From Micromonospora sp. NBC_01699 (GTDB lineage: Bacteria; Actinomycetota; Actinomycetes; Mycobacteriales; Micromonosporaceae): a DNA stretch of 64,000 nt. Under the pieces are notes generated by a model. It ran no database searches. It saw only the letters and a program-made list of their open reading frames with translations, and had not been told where the DNA came from. Both the position numbers and the translations under genes were made by a program. Numbering within the stretch: position 1 is the first letter of the stretch; every line of letters starts with the position of its first letter. Shown in pieces: positions 20,917 to 28,900 of this stretch. The stretch lies in assembly GCF_036250065.1 (NCBI RefSeq), contig NZ_CP109199.1, positions 7,812,083 through 7,876,082 of the forward strand, written 5' to 3'.

Positions 20917-21369
20917 ATGAGCGACTTCGACCCGGCCAACTTCGCCGCCCTGGAACCGAAGCAGTTCGCCAAGCTGGTAAAGACCACTCCGGATGCGCAG
21001 ATCGCCACCATCATGAAGGGCGACAACCGGGCCCCCATCCTGAACCAGATCTTCGAGCGGATGCCGTCGCTGTTCCGGGCCGAGAAGGCCGGGTCGACCC
21101 AGACGGTCATCCACTGGAACATCTCCGGTCGCGCCGACGGCGGCATCGACACCTACGAGGTCGTCATCGACAACGGCACCTGCGTCGTCAACGCCCCGCC
21201 GGAGCGCGACCCGAAGCTCGCCCTCACCCTCGGCCCGGTGGAGTTCCTCAAGATCGTCTCCGGTGGCGGAAACCCGGTGATGATGTTCATGACCGGCAAG
21301 CTGAAGGCAAAGGGCGACCTGGCCCTGGCCTCCAACATCGCCAACCTCTTCGACATCCCCAAGGGCTGA
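20917..21369 (+). CDS. SCP2 sterol-binding domain protein
   Basis: MSDFDPANFAALEPKQFAKLVKTTPDAQIATIMKGDNR...MMFMTGKLKAKGDLALASNIANLF, the SCP2 fold signature. Confidence 0.75.
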   Translation: MSDFDPANFAALEPKQFAKLVKTTPDAQIATIMKGDNRAPILNQIFERMPSLFRAEKAGSTQTVIHWNISGRADGGIDTYEVVIDNGTCVVNAPPERDPKLALTLGPVEFLKIVSGGGNPVMMFMTGKLKAKGDLALASNIANLFDIPKG

Positions 21370-21397
21370 CCAACATGACCGTACGTGCCCTGGCGGC

Positions 21398-22618
21398 ATG
21401 GGCGTGACCGAGTTCTCGCTCGACCTGAACGAGGAACAGCGCGATCTGCGGGACTGGGTGCACGGCTTCGCACAGGAGGTCGTGCGCCCGGCGGCAGCCG
21501 ACTGGGACGCCCGCGAGGAAACCCCCTGGCCGGTCATCCGGGAAGCGGCGAAGATCGGCCTCTACGGCTTCGAGTTCGTCGCCAACTGCTGGGCCGACCC
21601 GACCGGGCTGAGCCTGCCGATCGCCAGTGAGGAACTCTTCTGGGGCGACGCCGGCATCGGGCTCGGCATCTTCGGCACCTCCCTCGCCGTCGCCGCCATC
21701 TACGGCACCGGCACCCCCGAACAACTGGTCGAATGGGTGCCGCAGTGTTACGGCACCGTCGACGAACCGGCGGTCGCCGCGTTTTGCAGCACCGAACCCG
21801 AGGCCGGCTCCGACGTCAGCGCCATCCGGACCCGGGCCCGCTACGACGAGGCCACCGACGAGTGGGTGCTGAGCGGCCAGAAGGCGTACGCGACGAACGG
21901 CGGGATCGCCGGGGTGCACGTGGTGACCGCGTCCGTCGAACCCACGCTCGGCTCACGCGGGCAGGCGGCCTTCGTCGTACCGCCGGGCACCGCGGGACTG
22001 AACGCGACCCGGAAACTGCGCAAGCTCGGGCTGCGCGCCTCGCACACCGCCGACGTCTTCCTCGACGACGTACGCGTACCCGGGCGCTGCCTGCTCGGCG
22101 GCCGGGAACGGCTGCTCGAACGCCTCGACCGGGCGCGCACCGGAGCGCGGTCGACCGGCCAGGCCGCCATGCGCACCTTCGAGCTGACCCGGCCCACCGT
22201 CGGCGCACAGGCCCTCGGCGTCGCCCGCGCCGCGTACGAGTACGCGCTCGACTACGCCAAGGAGCGGGTGCAGTTCGGCCGACCGATCGTGGAGCACCAG
22301 GCGGTCGCGTTCGCCCTGGCCGACATGCGGATGGAGATCGACGCCGCCCGGCTGCTGGTCTGGCGGGCCGCCTGGATGGGGCGCAACAACCACCCGTTCC
22401 TGGCCGGCGAGGGCTCGATGGCCAAACTGAAGGCCGGCGAGGTGGCCGTGTCCGTCACCGAGAAGGCCGTACAGATCCTCGGCGGTGCCGGTTTCCTGCG
22501 TGACCATCCGGTCGAACGCTGGTACCGGGACGCCAAGATCTACACAATTTTCGAGGGAACGTCGGAGATCCAGCGTATGGTCATCGCCCGGGCCATCTCC
22601 GGATCCTCGATCCGCTGA
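21398..22618 (+). CDS. Acyl-CoA dehydrogenase
   Basis: 406 aa with ACAD motifs (FCSTEPEAGSDVSAIRTRA...GQKAYATNGGIA...QILGGAGFLRDHPVERWYRDAKI). Confidence 0.85.
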   Translation: MGVTEFSLDLNEEQRDLRDWVHGFAQEVVRPAAADWDAREETPWPVIREAAKIGLYGFEFVANCWADPTGLSLPIASEELFWGDAGIGLGIFGTSLAVAAIYGTGTPEQLVEWVPQCYGTVDEPAVAAFCSTEPEAGSDVSAIRTRARYDEATDEWVLSGQKAYATNGGIAGVHVVTASVEPTLGSRGQAAFVVPPGTAGLNATRKLRKLGLRASHTADVFLDDVRVPGRCLLGGRERLLERLDRARTGARSTGQAAMRTFELTRPTVGAQALGVARAAYEYALDYAKERVQFGRPIVEHQAVAFALADMRMEIDAARLLVWRAAWMGRNNHPFLAGEGSMAKLKAGEVAVSVTEKAVQILGGAGFLRDHPVERWYRDAKIYTIFEGTSEIQRMVIARAISGSSIR

Positions 22619-22659
22619 CGCGCCTCCACATTCCCCCTCCTCAGAACGAGGCGAGCACT

Positions 22660-23238
22660 ATGTCCGTCGATCTCATTCAGGGTCAGCAACAGTTCTACGT
22701 ACGGCAGCGACTGCGCATGATGGTGAACCAGTACGAGGTTCGCGCGGTGGCACCCGACGGTTCCGAGGGCGACCTGCTCGCCTTCGCGCAGCAGAAGCGG
22801 ATGGCCTTCAAGGAACAGGTCACCTTCTACACCGACGACACCAAGCAGCAGCCGGTGCTCGGCTTCAAGGCACGGCAGAAGATCGACCTCGGCGCGACGT
22901 ACGACATCACCGACGCGGCCGGCAACGCCATCGGCCTGTTCCGCAAGGACTTCAAGGCGTCGCTGCTCCGCTCCACCTGGATCGTCGAGCAGCCCGGCCT
23001 GGGCGCCGCCCGTGGCCAGGAGCGCAGCCTGCCGGTGGCGCTGCTGCGCCGGTTCGTGGACTCGCTGAGCTGGTTGCCGTACCACTTCGACTTCCTGATC
23101 GGCGAGCAGCCGGCGTTCTCGGTGGTCAAGAAGTGGGGCCTGCGCGACAAGTACGTCATCGAGGTGCAGAACCCGCAGCTCGACCGCCGCCTGGTGATCG
23201 CCATGGCGATCGGCCTGGACGCCCTCCAAAGCCGCTGA
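22660..23238 (+). CDS. LURP-one-related (LOR/DUF567, tubby/scramblase-like) family protein
   Basis: 192 aa with MMVNQYEVRAVAPDG...FYTDDTKQQPVLGFKARQKIDLGATYDITDAAGNAIGLFRK. Confidence 0.65.
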   Translation: MSVDLIQGQQQFYVRQRLRMMVNQYEVRAVAPDGSEGDLLAFAQQKRMAFKEQVTFYTDDTKQQPVLGFKARQKIDLGATYDITDAAGNAIGLFRKDFKASLLRSTWIVEQPGLGAARGQERSLPVALLRRFVDSLSWLPYHFDFLIGEQPAFSVVKKWGLRDKYVIEVQNPQLDRRLVIAMAIGLDALQSR

Positions 23239-23295
23239 CCCACCCCCACCCCCACCCCCCTCCCTCCTCCCTCCCTCCTCCCCCACCCTCCTCCC

Positions 23296-23359
23296 CGTCG
23301 ATCTAGGGCAAATACGTGCTACTTGATCTTCAAGCGCCACCATTTGCCCTAGATCGACG
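23296..23359. repeat. Variant palindromic element (CGTCGATCTAGGGCAAAT ... ATTTGCCCTAGATCGACG with a nested CTTGA-TCT-TCAAG hairpin). It is flanked by a 70-bp C/CT-rich tract (23222-23295) and a G-tract (23360-23385).
   Basis: It has the same architecture as the GTTGATC family but a different sequence. It lies between the convergent LOR and anti-sigma genes. Confidence 0.75.
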
Positions 23360-23529
23360 GGGGTGGGGGGCTGGGGAGGGCAGTCTGGCCGACGGCGCCA
23401 GCGTGGACTGGGAACGCGGCTGAGGATCGCCTCATCAGCACCTGACCGCTGAGCCACAGGAGTGCGGCCGGACCCGTCAAGCGGGGTCCGGCCGCTTCCG
23501 CTTTCCCGGAGACCATGCCGCGAGCGCGG

Positions 23530-24303
23530 TCAGCCGCCGGCCGGACGGCGCGCGGGACCGTTGTCGACAAAGCGGAACGTGCTGCGCGGCGGAGCGTCGC
23601 CCAGCTCCTCCAGGATCAGACCGCGGGTCGCGGAGAACTGGAGGAACGCCGAGGAGTTGCTGATCGCGTACGCGTCCTTGCCGCTGGCGGTGATCGTGAA
23701 CCGCTGACCCGGATTGTCCGCGTCACAGGCCGCCGCCTCGACCGTCAGCGACTCCGACGTACCCGGGTTGAGCACCTGCCAGCAGGACGCCTCATCCGAG
23801 GCGGGGTGATTGTCGGGCTTGCCGTATGCCTTGATCAGGTACGTGTCACCGTCGAGCGGCGTCGGCACGAACAACTGACGTCCGCTGTCGTCGTCGACCT
23901 CGACCAGATCGCCGTCGAGCGACACCGCAGACTCGGACGCCTGTACGCGCACGATGGTGACCTCACGCGTACCCGAAAGCACGGGATCGGTCGCACGCCC
24001 GGGGATGGGCGGTGGTGGGGACAGCGACGGCGACACCGGTACGGAAACGGAGGGTCCGGCGGACGCGGGAGGGGCCGCGGGCGGACCCGTGTACGGCCGG
24101 TTGTCCGGCCGGGCCAGGGCGACGCCCGTGGTGAGCACGCCCACCAGCGCGACACCGAGCGTTGCCGTGGCGACGTGCCTCCGCTTACGCCGAGCGTCAC
24201 CGCGCTTGCGGATGTCGGCGGCGACGGTGGTGAGCCGGCCGGTACGGGCAGCGTGCGCGGCGATTGAACGCAGCCCGTCGTCGAGATGGTCGTCACGCAT
24301 CAC
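23530..24303 (-). CDS. Putative anti-sigma factor: a cytoplasmic N-terminus, one TM helix and a Pro-rich linker carrying a roughly 150-aa extracytoplasmic domain
   Basis: It overlaps the ECF sigma stop by 11 nt. The TM helix is ATLGVALVGVLTTGVALA. The C-terminal domain is paralogous to the lipoprotein at 25014..25708. Confidence 0.6.
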   Translation of the reverse strand: MMRDDHLDDGLRSIAAHAARTGRLTTVAADIRKRGDARRKRRHVATATLGVALVGVLTTGVALARPDNRPYTGPPAAPPASAGPSVSVPVSPSLSPPPPIPGRATDPVLSGTREVTIVRVQASESAVSLDGDLVEVDDDSGRQLFVPTPLDGDTYLIKAYGKPDNHPASDEASCWQVLNPGTSESLTVEAAACDADNPGQRFTITASGKDAYAISNSSAFLQFSATRGLILEELGDAPPRSTFRFVDNGPARRPAGG

Positions 24304-24805
24304 GGCCCCTCCCGCCCATGACGTACTGCTCGTTGCTGGTCAGGTGCTCGGCCAGGGCCCGGCGGCCCCGGGCGAGCCAGGTCTTGACCGTGTTGGCGGA
24401 GGTTCCGATCTCCGCCGCGATCTCGGCGACGCTGAGACCGACGAGATGGTGCAGGACGACGACCCTACGTTGATCGGCTGAGATCTGGCGCAGGGCCTGC
24501 ACCAGCGCCACGTGGTCGGGGTTGATCGGGTCGACATGGTCGTCGGTCACGTCCCGGCGATGAGCCCGGAGACGGTTCGCGGCCTTGCGCCACGCCGAGA
24601 CCGCTATCCGGTACGCGACCCGGCGCACCCACCCTTCGGGGCTTTCGCACTCACGCACCCGACTCCACCGATCCCACGCCCGCAGGTACGCCTCTGCCAC
24701 GGCATCCTCGGCCTCGGCGCGGTTGCCGACCATCGCGTACACCTGCCCCAGCACCCGCCGAGAGGATCCGGCGTAGAAGTCATCGAACTCCTCGGCGTTA
24801 CGCAT
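24293..24805 (-). CDS. ECF (sigma-70 family) RNA polymerase sigma factor
   Basis: Region 2 is DAVAEAYLRAWDRWSRV. Region 4 is LSVAEIAAEIGTSANTVKTWLARGRRAL. Confidence 0.85.
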   Translation of the reverse strand: MRNAEEFDDFYAGSSRRVLGQVYAMVGNRAEAEDAVAEAYLRAWDRWSRVRECESPEGWVRRVAYRIAVSAWRKAANRLRAHRRDVTDDHVDPINPDHVALVQALRQISADQRRVVVLHHLVGLSVAEIAAEIGTSANTVKTWLARGRRALAEHLTSNEQYVMGGRGRDA

Positions 24806-25013
24806 GTGCCATGTACTCCCACCCGACCGGACAACATCCGGCTGACCCAGTTACCCAGCGTACGGATTCGGTACACGCCTAGACCGTCATCGACTTCCGT
24901 CGAAGAGGGTAGGCGCCCGACACCGGCCGTCAGGCGTGGGGGTGGAGCGTTCGTGCGGTGTCAGGACGGCGACTCGATTCGCCGCCCCCTGACACCGGCG
25001 CGCTCGAACGTGG

Positions 25014-25708
25014 TCAGCCACCCGCCGGACGGCGCGCGGGGCCATTGTCGACAAAGCGGAACGTCGTACGCAGCGGCGCGTCGCCCAGTTCCTCCATGAT
25101 CAGGCCACGGGTGGAAGAGAACTGGAGGTACGCCGAGGAGTTGCTGATCGCGTACACCCCTTTGCCCTTTGCGGTGATGGTGAACCGCTGAGCCGGCTTG
25201 GCCTGGTCACAGACGGCCCCCTCGACCGTCAGTGGCGCCGACGTACCCGGGTTGAGCACCTGCCAGCAGGTCGGCTCGTCCGAGGCGGGGTGGTTGTTGG
25301 ACTTGCCGTACGCCTTGATCAGGTACGTGTCACCACCGAGCGGCGTCGGGACGAACAACTGCCGGCCACTGTCGTCGTCGGCCTCGCCCAACCGACCGTC
25401 GAGCGACACGCCGGACTCCGACGCCTGCACTCGCACGATCGTCACCTCACGCTTGCCCGACAGCACCGCGTCGGTCGAACCTCCCGGGACGGGCGGCGGC
25501 GCGACGGACGAATTCCCCGGGACGGGCGGCGGCGCGACGGACGGCGAGGCCGGTGCCGTGGCTGTGGCCGCCGGTGATGCCGTCACGGAAGCGGAGGCGG
25601 TGGGTCCGGCGGATGCGGTAGGGCCTGCGGGCGAACCGCTCTGGCACGCCACCAGCGCACCGGTGCACGCCAGCATCGTCGCGCCGGTCAGCCACTTCAC
25701 CTTGGACA
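25014..25708 (-). CDS. Lipoprotein carrying a paralogue of the anti-sigma factor extracytoplasmic domain
   Basis: Start ATG at 25706-25708 after GGAG. Signal and lipobox are MSKVKWLTGATMLACTGALVAC. The C-terminus (TIVRVQASESGVSLDG...RFVDNGPARRPAGG) is about 85% identical to the C-terminus of 23530..24303. The rest of track ORF 25014..26090 is spurious. Confidence 0.6.
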
Positions 25709-25865
25709 TGCCGTACTCCTCACACACACTGCCCGCAACTGTCCGCCGGGCGATCAACATGGACGCCACACCGGCCCTCATCGCGCCGACGCACCCCCAA
25801 CACGCCTGCCCCCACCCCCCGGTTTCAGAAACCCCAAAAAACTTCCCCCCACCCCGAAAACGCGC

Positions 25866-25925
25866 GTTGATCATGAAGTTAGCGCGCCCCGGGCGGCAAA
25901 AATCCGCGCTAACTTCATGATCAAC
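25866..25925. repeat. Palindromic intergenic repeat element, copy 3, immediately downstream of the giant ATPase gene stop. A C-rich tract is at 25795-25860.
   Basis: The termini are GTTGATCATGAAGTTAGCGCG / CGCGCTAACTTCATGATCAAC. Confidence 0.85.
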
Positions 25926-25939
25926 GAGGCGATGGCGGG

Positions 25940-28900
25940 TTAGGGGTGGGTGGCTCGGGTTATGGCGGATTCGATGGCGGCTATGCGGTCGGCCAGGAGG
26001 CCGAGGGCGCCTACGGCTCGGGTGATGGGGTCGTCGGAGGTGCCGCCCAGGGCGCGTTCGCGCAGGTAGCCGGTTTTTACCTCGGTCCATCGGCGGGACT
26101 GGCCGGGGGTCAGACGGCCCCGCAGGTCGGCCAGCTTGAGGAGGTTCGCCTCGGCTCCCGCTGCCAGGGTCTGCGCCTCACCGAGGTAGTGGTCGTCGAT
26201 GACCCGTTCCAGCTCCTCGTCGTTCATCACCGGCACGATTCGCTCGGTCAGCTTGTTCATGTTCCGGTAGGAACCCTGGAGCAGGAACGGTGGCTCCGTA
26301 CGCGACGCGTCCGCCTGCGCCGCCGAGGCGATGTACGCCCGGTTGTTCGCCAACACCACCTCCTGCACCCGGACCAGTTTGCGCAGCACCGAAAGGATCT
26401 GGTCCAACTCGACCGCCGCGTACGGGTGGGTGAGCTGGTCGGCGCGGACCGTCTCGTCGCCACGGGCCAGCCGGACCAGCAGTTGCAGGTCACCACGGTC
26501 CCGTCCGGCGAGCGGTGCCAGCACCGGGTTCGAGGTGATCGCGTTCTCCAGGTAGCTGAGCGCGAACACCTCCTCGCGGCCGGAGAGCACGTCACCGAGG
26601 TTCCACACGTCCGCCCGGTTCGCCAGCATGTCCGGCACCCGGAACCGCCGCCCCGACTCCGTGTACGGGTTGCCCGCCATGCACACCGCGAACCGCTTTC
26701 CGCGCAGGTCGTAGCTGCGGGTACGGCCGTCCCAGACGCCCTCCATCCGGCGCTGCCCGTCACAGAGCGAGATGAACTTCTGCAACAGCTCGGGCGAGGT
26801 GTGCTGGATGTCGTCCAGGTAGAGCATGACGTTGTTGCCCAGCTCCAACGCGAACGAGATCTTCTCCACCTCCTGCCGGGCGGTGGCGTTCGGTGCCTCG
26901 GCCGGGTCGACCGAGGTGACCGCCGAACCGAGCGCCGGCCCGTTCACCTTGACGAAGACCAGGCCGAGCCGGCTGGCGACGTACTCCATCAGGGTTGTCT
27001 TGCCGTAACCCGGTGGGGAGATGAGCAGCAGCAGGCCCATCTGGTCGACCCGTTTGCCGTCACCGGTCGCGCCGATCTGGCGGGCCAGGTTGTCCCCGAT
27101 CAGCGGCAGGTAGACCTCGTCCAGCAGCCGGTTGCGGACGAACGAACCGAGCACCTTCGGCTGGTGCTCGGCCAGGCGCAGCCGCTTGCGCTCGCTGGCC
27201 ACCAGCTCGTTGCGCCGCTTCTGGTACGCCCGGTACGCCGGCACCCGCACGGTCCGGAACTCACCGGTACGCGACAGCAGCTCGTCCATCCGTACCGACA
27301 GCCGGGCGTCGGTGATCCGGGGATGGGTGGCGAGCAGCCCGGTCACCTCGGCGGTCAGGGTGGCCGCCGACTCGTGCCGGGGCAGACCCGAGCCGCAGAG
27401 TTCGATCGCCACCGCCTCCGGCAGGTCGTACGCGTCCAGCGCCGGGCCGCCGCCGACCGGTTCGGACAGATCCGCCGTACGCAGGAACGACTCCAGCCAC
27501 GCTTCGACCAGTTGGTGCCGGGCGGCCAGGTCGTCGCCGAGTGCCCGCAGGTCCTCCTCGTACTCCTGCACCGACTTGGAGGCGGGGCCGCCGAGGGTGC
27601 GCCGGAACCGGTCGAGCAGCGCGCGGGCACCGGCGCCGGTGACGAAGCCGAACGGCGCCCGGGACAGCTCCTCGAACAGGTACTCGGCGGCGAGCGGGGC
27701 CGCCGAGGCGTGTTCCGGCAACCCGGCCGTACGCAGGAACCGCTCCGCCGCGTCGGCCAGCTCCGTACGGAGTTCCCCGATCGCGTCCGTGGCGCCGAAC
27801 GCGGTCCGGGCCCTGGCCAGCGAACCGGCCCGGGTGGACCAGGCGGTACGGGTCGGCTCGTCCACGCCGAAGGTCCAGAACAGTTGTGCGGCGGCGCGGG
27901 CGCCCGGCCGGAAGCGCAGCAGACCGGCACCGTCGTAGAGGCGCAGCAGCGGCTCCAGGATCGCCGCCGCGTCGTGGTCGTGGATGCCGCGTTCGTAACC
28001 CTCGTCGTACCGGCCCTCGGCGACCCGGCGGACCAGGTCGAGCAGCGCCGGCCGGCTCACCGCCGCCTTGTGCAACGCCTCCAGGGTCAGTCCGCCGACG
28101 CCCGCCCCGGCGTCGGTGAGGATCGAGGTGGCCAGGTGTTCGGCCCGGCTCACCTCGGGCGACTCGGAAACCAGAAGCTGGTCCCAGAAGGCGCTGGTCT
28201 GCTGGAAGCTCTCGTCCCGGATCGGTGACCGGTAGTCGGTGCCGGTGACCGCGACCGCCAGCCGGCCGTCCTGCGGCACCAGCGTGACGTCGACCTCCTG
28301 GGTGTTGACCGAGAAGCTGTGCCGGCCGAGCCGAATCGTCGCACCGCCGTCGAGGTACAGGTCCTGCTGGTCGCGCAGGGCCCGGCCCGCCTCCTGCCGG
28401 GCGGCCTTGATCCGCCCGGCGAGCTCCTCGGCCCGGACCGGGTCGCCCAGCGTACGCAGCTCGTCGGCGACCCCGCGCAGCTTCGCCACCATCGGATCGG
28501 AGGCGAAGTACGTGTTGATCTCGTCGATCGAGCGCAGCCCGGAGAGCCGGCGGTGCACGCTGACCAGGATCCGCTCGGCCGAGCCGACCAGCCGGTCGGA
28601 GCGGCGGGCCCGCTCGTCCAGCAGGGCCTGCTTGCGGGCGGAGAACGCCTCGTAGATGTCGGCCCGGCGGGTGCTCAGCTCGGCGAGGAAGTCGTCGAAC
28701 TCGCCGAACCGGGACTCCAGGTTCTCCACCTGGAGCAGCAGCCGGCCCAGTTGCTCGTCACAACGCTCGGCCGTGTCGGCGACCGCCAGCGCACCGGTCA
28801 CCGCCTGCCCGAGCAGCGCGAACTCGGCCGCGAAGCCGGCCCGCCCCTCGGCGGTGAGCAGCTGGGCGCGACGGCCGTCGAGGGTGGCCCGAGCCCGGTT

